Shown piece by piece: positions 52,000 through 63,684 of a stretch of 64,000 bases of DNA. The first letter of the stretch is position 1, and each line of letters opens with the position of its first letter. Origin of the DNA: Utricularia gibba (taxonomy: Eukaryota > Plantae > Magnoliophyta); the NCBI GenBank assembly GCA_002189035.1, contig NEEC01000009.1:992001-1056000 (forward strand), in the 5' to 3' direction. The notes below the pieces were generated by a model. The model made no database searches, was not told the origin of the DNA, and saw nothing but the letters and a program-made list of their open reading frames with translations. The position numbers were made by a program, and so were the translations under genes.

Positions 52000-53042
52000 T
52001 GATAGCCCTCATCCCATCTGTATTGCTTGTCTGTCTTTGTTTTGTCGACTAGATGACCTAGCACTAAAAACACAGACTGAACCCTAAAAAGCATATGCCA
52101 ATTAGGGTTTCATCCCTTGTTTTTATAACTAGGGTTTCATGTCATGGTACCCTCATTTGTGTGGCATTACTCATGGTGCTTTATGACCACCACATCAATA
52201 AACTCCATGTCTCAATATCTCAATCTACAACACATTATCACCACAACATTTCACACCCCGGAATCACAATCTTGCAAACAAATCTAGCATACATTATCAT
52301 CACAACATATGTCGCGATTCGGAACCGCTACGTCGACATGAATTGTTCAAATCATTTGCAAATCCGTCGCGTTGCATAACCACTAGCTCACCATCAACAT
52401 GGATAGATACGCTCAATGTGCTCAAAGATCCCACATCGCGTTAGCACCATGCATATGCCACTAGCCACATTGTGGGCTGGTCTCCAACTCTTGATTCTCA
52501 GGTTGGTTACTTCCATCATCAAGTCTAGGGAGTGAACACAAGTACATTGAGGTTGAAGGCTTGTCCGAAGAGCACAAATGGTGTCCTAATGGCTAATGGT
52601 CAAGGGGGTGTGTGTTTTTTTAAATGAAATCCGCTGGAATTAATTGCAGTGGCGTTTTGCTCGTCCAAAAAGCAAGAGTGAAATCGTGGAGATATGGAAA
52701 CTGGTTGCATATCATTGATTACACATTCCATTTAAATGCAATTAATCAGACAAAAATAAAATTATTACACCCCGGTCTGGAGATGCCTGTTTTGTGTCCC
52801 TATTCGCTAAGGTTGGTGTGACCCCCCGGAAATAAAGGGGGGTAAAATATGCTGGCACTCCTTCAAGTTTAGCGATATTAGGTTTTAGTCCCTGAAGTTT
52901 TTTTTCTTTTTATTGTGGGTTTATTTTTAATTTTTTAGCTGAATTTTATTGGGTCGGGTCGTTGAAGAAGCGGAGCGCTGTCCAGCCCATTAGGAAGGAA
53001 ATAAGCCCGGCAATCGCGGGATGGCTGGAAGGGGGTCCACGA

Positions 53043-53634
53043 GATATTTTCAGTTGGCCGCGGCAGCAGGGGGAGGACGCGGCCGGCGGTATGTCCGTGA
53101 AAGTGGTGACTGACGAGAAGGTGGAGGTTCTCCGGAAGCAGATTGCAGTGAACGCCGTCATTTGCGAGCAGCTCGCGAGTTGCGTAAATGCGACATGTGA
53201 TATGCTCTGGTTGAATCGCCAAATGAGAAGAGTCAGAAGTGGACACTGAAATTGATCTCCGAATGAGAAGAACACTAAGCCTCAAAGTTTGTCTTCATCT
53301 GCAGAGGATCTGTCCTTTTAGAACCCTTGACTTCATTCTGTGGATGCTCTCAATGGGAAGACAGAATCTATTTTATATCTAGCTGCATATCAAAGTTTGT
53401 TGGCATCGGCAAATGCCCTTCTATGGCATCCAGTCCGAGTAACTACATAGCCTTAGCCTTATCCCAGAAAATTTTTCCATCCTGTTCTGTTTTCTTTTTG
53501 TTTAAACTCATACTTTCCCAGACTTCTGTTCTCCTTATGCTTTTACAAACGCAGGAATAGGAAAGATAATGGGGAAGATGGAAATTCATAGGAACTATAG
53601 TCATTTTCAACAAGATGGCTGTAGCATGGACTGA
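53043..53634 (+). pseudogene. WOX13: WOX13-like relic lacking the homeodomain
   Basis: N-terminal motif GGMSVKVVTDEKVEVLRKQIAVNAVICEQL, then almost directly post-homeodomain-like ESEVDTEID(S)PNEKNTKP...AEDLSF*NP* (stops at 53319 and 53328), QMPFYG, and last exon GIGKIMGKMEIHRNYSHFQQDGCSMD* (53555-53634). Confidence 0.8.
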
Positions 53635-53991
53635 TAGCTTGGAAAGTTATCCGCCCCATACATGTTTATACACAGACTTACAATGCTCCTGGTTGTGCTT
53701 TGGAAGAAAAATCTGTGGGAGTGACAAAGAATGAACTCCGTGATTGTTAAAAGTTACTGCATTTACTATTTTGGTGACATCGGTAAAGTTACTGCATTTA
53801 CTGCAAATGATTGAAATTGCAATGTTGAATTGCTTATCTTTTCAACTGAAAGCCACAGGTACCCGAAGAAAAAGCAACATCAGATTGAGCTACTGGTTTC
53901 TAAAAGCTAGCATACTGTCTCTATCTACTCCTCACTCAATGAAATACATCAGGCAGCCAATCCTACCTACATGCAACAGGGAAGGTGGGGC

Positions 53992-55529
53992 TCAGACGCT
54001 ATTCAGAACACCCTTCAAAAGATCCAAACCTTCAGCTGATATGCTCCTCCTTTTATGCGTTTTTGGAACTTCGATACGAGGTGGAGGATCAGGTGAGAAA
54101 CAGATGACTAGAACTGTTAGATTGTCGCATGTGTTCCGCTTGAGTGCTTCCTTTACGAGTTCCCTTGAGCACTTCTCTGGGTCATTATGTACCATGAGTT
54201 CCTTCCTCACGATTGTTACTGCGTACTGACTACTCATTACATCCCACAGGCCATCGCATCCTATGATGAGGAACTCATCTTCCTCCGTCAGAACAATCTC
54301 CTGTAGCTCAGGATCCGAGCTCAAGGGGCACTTTGCACCTTTGTGACCCTTTATGTGCCAGTCACCAAGTGAACGAGCCACCGAGAGCTGGCCATTGAGA
54401 TAGCCATCATAAATCACACCCCCTAGTTTCTCGATCCGGAGTCGTTCGGATGTGGAGTTTGGCTTGTGGTCCTTCGACAGCTCTACTGCTCTTCCTCTTT
54501 TTCCCAGCACAGCTCGAGAATCCCCTGCGTTTGCGATGATCAGACTCCTGAAGAACCATCAAAGGAAATCAATCACTTGTTCCTCATGGAGAAAGAACAA
54601 ACCAGCTGCTAACCTTCCCAACATGAGAGCAGTGAGTGCAGTAGTGCCTGAAGAACGATCAAGATTCTTCGCATCCGCCAGGGCGTGATCAGCTCTCACG
54701 AATGCATTCTTCAGTGCTTGCTTCACCCCCTTTGGGAATTCAAAGTCTTCCACTACAAAGTTAAGGATATTCTTTCTTGCAAAGGTTGCAGCATCTGTAC
54801 CGCCATGGCCATCAAACACCTGCAGTTAGTCATCACTCAGTTATCTCTTTGAGACCTTCTGTCTCCAACTCCAGGTATCGACTGGTTTCAGTAAAGGAAT
54901 TTTCAAGGGTCACTCACCCCATAAAAGGCTCCTGGAGAAGGGAAGCCATTATTAGCCTTGTTGAGATGCTCAGAAAGATTATCTACGCAGATATACTCAT
55001 CCTCCATGTATGTCTTGGGTCCCATCTCCGAGCAGCTTCCTGATCGGAAAACAGGGATAAATCCAGAACCTTTCCCCGATGAGTCGCGACTGGGTTCGCT
55101 GGAGCACTCCTGTACAAGTTAAATGACGGTTAGAATGCGCCCAGATGAATGATCCAGCCAGCCACCTCAAGCTTGTATCTACATGCTTCTTCCGTACCAT
55201 TACCAGAAGAAAATGGATGTCTATGCGTGGCTAGGAATGCAGGGGAAAAGCATTAGCCTTTTGGAAAATCCCAGGCATAAAAGACTGAAAACCAGGGCAT
55301 TCTTCCAACATCTCATGAAAGGAAAGGAAGATGAGAACAGGGGGTCTACCAGAGTCGCTTGGCTGATGCAGTGGCGCATCAATGGCGGACGAGCCAATTT
55401 GGCCTGCGTTGGATCGCCGTCTTCCTCCTGAGTCTTGCGCTGACTTGTTGAAACCGCCTCCTCATCATCTCCGGAAATCCCAGAATCTGATGCCCATCGA
55501 AATGAATCGGCGTTTGCTCCCGGCGCCAT
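53992..55529 (-). CDS. Protein phosphatase 2C (clade G, PP2C27/47-like)
   Basis: [101 protein letters not shown]. Confidence 0.93.
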
Positions 55530-56151
55530 GAGCAATCGATTTGAAAGCTTGTCAGGATCTGGGCGTTCTCTTTCTTACATGGGAACGCAGAAGCGAAATA
55601 ACGGAACAGGGAAAAAGCGTACGGTTTTCAGCATTTCATGGGCACATTTGTAGGAGTAACGTGTGTCGTCGCAAAAATGTAAGCTTTCCATTCCACCACA
55701 CCCCGGACACGGGGACACTCCTTGACGTCCTTTAGATTGGAACATCTAACTAATTCGTCCCTAATTTCACTCTCTGTTATCAGGTAAACGTTATTACCAG
55801 CTCTGGAAGAGTTGTTGACAATATCAGAGAGAAGCCGTGAACGAGTATTCTCCTTTCGAAAGGTAAAAAGTTCAACTTGGCGATTGCTTTTAATTGATAA
55901 TTACAGGTGTCAACATCTCGCCGGCGTGTTCCGATAGTTACATGCTGCCACCGGAGACACCCCCGCCGGGTTTTGTTTCTTTCCCTCTCTCAATTGGGGT
56001 TTCAACCGACAGTTAGCAGAGGAAACCATAGTTTGTTTCTCCAAATGGAGGCAATCAATCAGGGGAAAAGTTCTCCATTGATGGGGCTCTTGGATCATTA
56101 TCGTTGAGCCAAAATAGAAAGAAAACAAAAGAATCAGCTTCAGTCAACCAG

Positions 56152-57765
56152 CTACTGCTCTTGTAGCTTGAGTTTCTGCAGGTTGGCCGCTCCCTTGTCG
56201 ATCTTGGGTTCATCATTTGCTGCATCCTCGTGTTTCTGGTCACCCATTTTCAGCCAAGGATGCTGGAGGCACTGCCGGACCGTGGGTCGTTTCTCCGGGT
56301 CGAAGTCTAGAATGGGTTGAAGAAAGTCTGTGAATCCCAGAGCATCGCCTTCGGAGAACTTGTACTTGTCGATGAGTAGCCGGCTCAGTGATCCGTACTT
56401 CAGTCTTCTGATCCTCTTCAGGTCGCCGTATCTGTCAAAGTAATCTTTGGATCGAGCCCCGGATGTGGCGACCTTTCGAGAACAACTGATGATTCTTCAC
56501 TCACAGGGTTCATCAAGCTTTGCCATTCCGAGAAAGGAAACGTAAATGCATCATACCTTACGAGGAATCTTTCCCAGGAGCTCCATCATCAGAGCAAGGT
56601 GATCCTGCAATTTTAGTATATTTTACCTGAAATCAAGCATGAATAGAAAAAAAATGGTAAGAAAGAAATGCACCTCATCTTCACTGAAACCTTGTCCGTC
56701 CTTAGGTACAAACATCATCTCCCCAGTGGCGAGCTCAAAGGCGGTACAAGCAAATGACCACATGTCAGCAGGGAAGGAGTAGCCAGACTGAAGTATGACT
56801 TCCGGGGCCCGATACTGTCTTGTTTGAATCTCTTCAGCAATTGGCTTATCAGCCCAACAAGCGTTTCCAAAGTCTACTACCTTACATCTCAGATCAATCC
56901 CATTCAGACACCTAGCAGGCTTGGGAGCTATGATTGGATCCCCCATTGAAGCTCGCTTCTCTGATATCCTAGCAGCTGCTCTTCTTGCTTTCTGCTTCAG
57001 TTTTTTCTCAATGCTGTTCATGGTCGCCCCGCTACTGGGGTTCCCCCCTTCAGGCCTCTCAAGGACAGGAGTCATTCCTGACCTAATGGGATCTTTCGAA
57101 GGATTAACGGTGGAAAACAGCAGGATGTTCTCAGGCTTCAGGTCTGTGTGCAGGATTCCCAATTGACCATGGAGGTAATCCAGTGCAGTCAAAATGCATT
57201 TGCAGATTTCCCTCACTCTGTTCAGTTCAAGACCCTTGTATCTGTTATATTTGATCAGTTGGAGTAAACTATCACCAAGGAATTCCAGAACCATGCAGAC
57301 ATGCTGCCCATTTGGCCCTGAATGCTTGAACTGATCCACCAAGAAGACAACATATTTGCTGTTGGAGGGATCCCCCTTAGCTATTGCTGAAAGGATGTCA
57401 ATTTCATGCAGCGCAGCTTGAGCAAACTGAGGCGCACTTTTTTGGATTTTCAATGCCACATATTTCTGGTCACCACAAGCATCCACACAAACAACAAGAG
57501 TAAAATTGCGATCACACCCACAAATCAAAATGAAGCAAAACGGAGAAATTATAGAAAAAGAACTCATTTTTCTTACAGATGTCTGAGTATCGTAAGCAAG
57601 CCAAACAGTGGAAAACTGTCCCCAGCCCAGTTTCTGCTGCGCGATGTATCTCCCGGCGGCGAACGAGTCGCCGATCCTAACGGCATGGTACCCTCCTTTC
57701 CTGTACGAATCAATCCCCTCATCTTCGTCCTCCGATCCTGAAGACGAAGAGCGACAACCAGACAT
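56152..57765 (-). CDS. SRPK: SR protein-specific kinase (SRPK1/2-like)
   Basis: DEGIDSYRKGGYHAVRIGD, KLGWGQFSTVWLAYD, VALKIQKSA, LHTDLKPENILL, CKVVDFGNACW, IQTRQYRAPEV, DHLALMMELLGK, PEKRPTVRQCLQHPW. Confidence 0.95.
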
Positions 57766-58565
57766 GGCGATCAAAACAAAAACCGATCAAGAACCAAGAC
57801 CATATATCAAAAACAGAAGGAAGCCTGGCGGTGAGGTAGGAAACTGGAGAAGCCGCAGGAAGAAACCGGAAATGTAATTCAAATCAAACTGGGTTCTCCT
57901 ATTTTTAATCAATCCATTGATGTGGCTCTCAAAACAAGACTCTCTCCACTTTTTTCTCTAACCTTTTCCCCTTTTTCCCTTCCCTTCACTCTAAATCAAA
58001 CATCCCACCGAACTGAACCCCTCCCCTCCCTCCCCACCTCATCTCCGGGAGGTGATTAGCCGGAGTCTATGGCATGCAGTGAAGAAGATAATGATGACCT
58101 TGACCCTTAATCCTATTTACTTGATTCTGTAACCTTATTCTAACATGTTGATTTCAAGCGGTTGCTTTTTCTTAATATCTTTTGACTTTTGCGATATTGT
58201 CTGATTTCTGAAAATAGATTATATATATATATATACAGATATTGGTTTCAGCAGAAGCCCTGTTATAAAGCTATCCGTTTGATGTCCCGACACGAGCTCC
58301 CAAGACAGCCAATCCCCCGGGCCGCCTCTGCTCTACCCAGCCGTAGTCAATTATCAATCCATCCATCCAATTTGATTTTTAATATTCAGGAATTGTCTGA
58401 TCTGGTTCCTGATCCCTGGATCACTATTCCTATGCACATACGCTCACTGGGTATCGGGAAAGCGACGACTTTGTGATCTTTTTCTTGGATCTGGAGCTCG
58501 AATTGTAGCCGAATTCCAGTTTCTGTCGGCTTTGGCTTCTGGGTTTTTGTTTGGGAGGAGTTGGG

Positions 58566-60509
58566 ATGGAGTTGGTTTCGGCTGATCGGGTGGTGGGGGA
58601 GGTGATGAGGATATACCGGTCGCTGCCGGCGCGGCCGGGAGTCGAGGAAGTGGAAACTGCGAAGGCGTTGATCCGGAATTTCGAGAAGGAGGAAGAGATG
58701 AGAATCGAGGGGATTGAGAGGATGAGAAAGGCGACGGCTGTTCCGGAGGAGTTGTTCATGGTTTTGCAGGAGATGCAGAAAACGATGGTTCGGTTTCAGA
58801 TAAAGGAGCGGAAGCTGGAACCTCGGAAGGTGCTGGATCTCGAGGACGTCCACCTTGTGTTCGACGATTTGATTCAGAGAGCTTCTGGGTGTTTTCCCGG
58901 GATTTCGCCGGAGTCCACTTTGACGTCAGAGAGCTCAACCTTCAGTTTCAGTTCAACAACGACTACCCCTTTCTCCTCTTCTTCAACCGTGGCGACCACC
59001 CAGTCCACATCCTCGAGGTTATACAGTGAAAAGGAGCCGCCCGTCAGGGCTTCAGAGTCTCCGTTCAGCAAAGATGACACTTTCGTGAAGAAGGCAAAGG
59101 CTTCGTTTCATGTGAACGGAAGAGGATCTGCAGACTTCGGCGCTGTGCAGCAGACTGATCTTCAGGTCACCCCTTCAGGTAAGTCACTTCCCTGCCATTA
59201 CAAAATGCATGACTGTGAGATGTGATGCACAGCTTAGCTTGACGGGGGAAGTTTTGCTGGTCATAGGTGAGGATCAGGAGAAACTGAGTTTCTTTAAACT
59301 AGCAAGTGTGATTGAAGTTGGTGCAAAGAAGAGAAGTGAAGAGCTTGTCCTGAAAGGGAGGCTAACAGATCAAGTAGAATGGCTTCCTGATTCTGTGGGG
59401 AAGCTCACAAGTGTGATCCTTTTGGACCTGTCGGAAAACAGAATTGTAGTGCTGCCGGAGACCATAGGCGGGCTTTCCTCATTGAAAGTGCTGGATCTAC
59501 ATGGAAATAGGATCAGTGAGCTACCAGACTCCATTGGGAACTTGCTCAGTTTGCTGAATCTTGACTTGGGAGGAAACCTGTTGAAATCACTGCCACCTGC
59601 GATTGGTGGCTTGGTTAATCTTCAGGAGCTGGATGTGAGCTCAAATGGGATTTCTCACCTTCCAGAGACAATAGGATCGCTTGTCTCGCTAAAGAAACTG
59701 AACATTTCAACAAATGACATCGAGGAGATCCCTCACACAATCGGTAAATGTACTTGGCTCAAGGAGCTTCGAGCAGACTATAACCGGCTGAAAGCACTCC
59801 CTGAAGCAGTCGGACGAATAGCAACACTGGAGATACTTACAGTGCGTTACAACAACATCAGACAGCTGCCCACAACAGTGGCATCCATGTCAAGCTTAAA
59901 AGAGCTGAACGTCAGTTTCAATGAGCTTGAATCTGTCCCTGAGAGCCTGTGTCTTGTCACAACAATAGAAAGATTGAACGTTAGCAACAACTTTGCTGAC
60001 TTGTCATCACTGCCTAGATCCATTGGGAACCTGGAAAGGCTAGAGGAGCTGGATATGAGCAACAACCAGATAAGAGTCCTCCCGGACTCCTTCAGATTGT
60101 TGACACGTCTGCGTGTCCTCAAGCTTGAGGGGAATCCTCTGGAACTACCACCAGGAGATGTGATTGTGAAAGGACCTCAGGTAAGGATTCATCATTTATC
60201 AATCATCACCACAACTGCCCGTTTGAAATCAAATGTTGAGTTCTGATAAACTTCTTTTCTACAGGCAATTGTTGAATACATGGCTGGTGGTGCTGCAAAG
60301 AGAGATGCAAGTCTGAGGCTGTCAAACAGAAGAGCCCCTGGGCAAACCTTTGCTTTTTTTCCAAATCCAACAAAAGGAAACGCAGTGGTAAGTACGCAGG
60401 CTACTATAATCGACCCAGCATTTCAATCATTGGTTTCGTACCGTCGCCAAGGATAAGAAGCTGAGCCTAATGTGCATGCCTTGTTCTCTTCACAGGAATT
60501 GAGCGGTAG
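58566..60509 (+). CDS. PIRL: Plant intracellular Ras-group-related LRR protein (PIRL4/5-like); 1-nt frameshift in exon 3; 3' end uncertain
   Basis: EVMRIYRSLPARPGVEEVETAK N-terminus, about 10 LRRs (LDLSENRIVVLPETIGGLSSL...), LEGNPLELPP, and exon 3 AIVEYM...DA/(K)SEAVKQKSPWANLCFFSKSNKRK with one A missing at 60309-60310. Confidence 0.9.
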
Positions 60510-61371
60510 CTTTTGCTGGGAATCAGAAGCCTTATTGCTTACATGGGCACATGGGGAGATCCTTCTCAGTTTCAACAATGCTTTTTTTCTTTTTTGTTTC
60601 CATTTGCAGCTTGTGTTTCACCACCCTGCAGCTCGGTTTCTACCCTTTTCCTGTTTGTTCAGCTTAAAGGTTATGAATAACTTAAAACAGTTACCTGGAA
60701 ACTTCGCAGCAGCTACTTCATGAACCCCCAAAAAAGGTTTGTTCCCTATTCATTTCGATATCCGATGCTCTTTGCGAATGATCTAATATTTCATCGCTGG
60801 GGGGTTCAAGAATAGAGGGCAATTACGGTGCAGCAATTTTCTTTAGACGCCACGTACAGGAGAGCATAGCCCCTGTAACGCAGATTATTAAGATTACCTG
60901 ATGACGAATACCCTGTAACTATTTGTGGCGCCGATGCATTCACGGTCGCACAAGCAATCAAAAGAAGCGCATCTAGCACAATCACTTGGATTGAGGATAC
61001 TACCGCATGGGGCAATGAAGGGATGAAACTGGGTCGAAACCACTAGTGTCGGAGAACAAAAACCAACAAGGGAGTGCCAGAAACCTCGACACAGAAACAA
61101 CATCATCAAGCCATATAGATCGTAGCCCATAATTCTCGAGTTAATATCTGACTGGAAGTAAATTCTCAAAAACATTCACCAGGCATAAAGTAACAAACAA
61201 AAGGGATAAGATGAAGTGACAAACTTACTACTGAAGTTCTAGGGCATCAAAAGATCCAGGGATCCAGTTTTACGCATTGGTCCACTTACAATCACTTGTT
61301 AGGCGCAGGACAGGGCACAAAAATTCTCAAAACTACAGCTCAATACAGCAATAGAAGTAGCGCATCCAAGC

Positions 61372-63073
61372 TCAACTCTGGCTCCTGCTCCTGCGCTTTT
61401 CACTAGCTCCATTCCTAAAAGGTTAGCATAGCCATTAGAAGATAACAATAATTTAAATATATAAGTTTAAACAGAAATTCGTTTTCAAATGTATTTGCTC
61501 AACAAAACACTACAGTAATTGTGGATCTCACCGCAATTCTATAACTTCAAGCAAGCCCTAAAACTAACTCAAACTTGAATCAACTTACAGTTTTGGATAA
61601 GCTTACATGCTATTAACCAAGTTTACAACAAATAGCAAACATCTGATCCACACATCTCAAAAGCAATTAAAAACAAGGTTCATATGCTCAAATGTATTTT
61701 GAGTTCAATCAACTTGAAAAAAAAAGATGGCTTACCCATTGGCATATGGGGCCTCATTACGATTAGGTGATCTACTGTAACTGCGGCCTCTTGGAGATGG
61801 ACTGCGGCCTCTTGGGGATGGACTGCGACCTCTTGGGGAGGGACTGCGGCCTCTTGGGGAGGGACTGCGGCCTCTAGGGGAGGGACTGCGGCCTCTTGGG
61901 GAGGGACTACGGCCTCTTGGGGAGGGACTGCGACCTCTTGGGGAGGACTGCGGCCTCTTGGGAGGGACTGCGGCCTCTTGGGGAGGGACTGCGGCCTCTT
62001 GGGGAGGGACTGCGACCTCTTGGAGAGAGACTGCGACGAGTGGACCTCCCACGCGGACTATAACTTCTGCAGCAGTGACAGAGAGGGAAAGAGTTAAAAA
62101 AATGATCATTCATAGACACCATCATGCATTTCAAAACTTCCTCCAAAGCAGGAAACAACGTTTGAAGACTAGTATATACACTAGTAGTCCTTGAGTATTC
62201 TTATTTTACCTTCGGCTATAACTAGGACTGCGGCGATACTTAGGGGGACTACGACGATATCTAGGAGGGCTGCGACTTCTACGCCTCCCAGAACCTGCAC
62301 GCCTGCACTCACGGGCAAAATGGCCAGGCTCGCCACATTCGTAACACTTCAGATCAGAACCAGAGCGCCCACCACGGCCACTACCACCATGTGACAACTC
62401 AACTCTCCAGCCATTTTTTCCTGTTCAGAACAGAGATATGGCACCATCACAAATATTACTGATAAAATAGCACTTACTCCACCTCCCCCCTCCCCATCCC
62501 AAAAAAAAGGGAAAAAATGGCAAAAATACACAGAAATCTCACCATCAAGTTCCCTTATGGCATCTGTGGCATCCCTTCGATCATCAAAATCAACAAAAGC
62601 ATAACCAGGTGGCCTCCTTGCGACCCACACACTGCATGCAAAACAAAAAGAATAAATTTAAAACACGAAAACCATACTACATCCAGACAACCTAAAAGAA
62701 TAGCATCAACCAAGAAGACGTTCTTAAAGCTACACAATAGTCTCTGGAAAACTCATGTCATAGAAATACTAAACCATAACCAGGTAACCTTCTGGAAACC
62801 CACACACTGCATGCAAAACAACAAGAATAAATTTTAAACAAGAAAACCTCATTAAATCCAGACAACCTAAAAGAATAGCATCAACCAGGAAGACATTCTT
62901 ATAGCTACACAACAGTCTCTGGAGGACTCATGTCACAGAAATAATAAAGCTACACACTCAGGATAACGATCCCTGGTAATTTACCTTCTGATTACTCCAA
63001 AGACGCGAAATTCATCCTCGAGTTCGCGTTCAGTGACTCGCGGATCGAGATTCCCAACATAGACCCTCGACAT
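61372..63073 (-). CDS. RSZ22: RSZ-subfamily SR splicing factor (RRM + zinc knuckle + RS domain); two 1-nt deletions in the RS repeat
   Basis: [26 protein letters not shown]...[15 protein letters not shown]...[10 protein letters not shown]...[16 protein letters not shown], then (SPRGRSP)n and a final exon ending EKRRSRSQS*. Confidence 0.93.
61780..62035 (-). repeat. 21-nt coding tandem repeat, 12 copies, encoding SPRGRSP
   Basis: Unit CCAAGAGGYCGCAGTCCCTCC; two adjacent units (about 61940-61966) are 20 nt long. Confidence 0.95.
62600..62950 (-). repeat. 175-bp direct tandem duplication covering the 3' part of RSZ intron 1 and the start of exon 2
   Basis: Plus-strand copies start ATAACCAGGT at 62601 and 62776 and share CCCACACACTGCATGCAAAACA, ATCCAGACAACCTAAAAGAATAGCATCAACC and AGTCTCTGGA..ACTCATGTCA. 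Confidence 0.9.
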
Positions 63074-63684
63074 ACCGAACTGCAGTTCCTGAACCAAAAA
63101 AAACTCAAATACGAACACTCAGGAGCATTTACATATCAGAATCAGCCAACATTCTCCAAAACCCCATTCATAATCGAAAACACCCATCCATAGAAACGAA
63201 ATATGGCACCCTCATCCATTTCAAAAGCAAAATAAAAGATTCTAAAACTTTCGAAAGCCCCTGGTAAGGCCTTATTCAAGCATCCATATTCGAGGCGAAG
63301 GCGACACACCTGCAACCCTAATTTTGCGGTTTGAATTCCCCCAGATCCAACGGAAAGAAAACCGCGTCCATATATGTGCCGGAGATGCGTGTGTGAAATT
63401 CCAATAATGCCCTATATTGTCGCTCAACGGTCTTATTGAATATTTTCCTATTATAGAACCTTTTTTATAATTATATTTCTCGAATAGGGGCCTGGGCCTG
63501 TCTAATTTTCGTAAATTTGCATTTTGGGCCTCACAAAAGTCACAAATTCCATTTATGGGTCGTCGAGAAAAAGTGATTTTGCCCAGAACGGCGGCTCAGA
63601 TGTGCAATATTGTCTCCTCCGACCACCGGCCCCCCAAGCCTCGCTGCCCGAAGCTGTTGGATTTCGAACCCTAGCATCTCTTCA

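Noticed and set aside
53850-53910. TGT...YWFL as a displaced WOX homeodomain remnant
   Set aside because: Spacing does not fit the homeodomain, it lies after the WOX13 last exon and within the PP2C 3' region; likely chance.
61780-62035. Regular 21-nt repeat array as a CRISPR or satellite
   Set aside because: No unique spacers; it is the coding RS domain of the RSZ gene.
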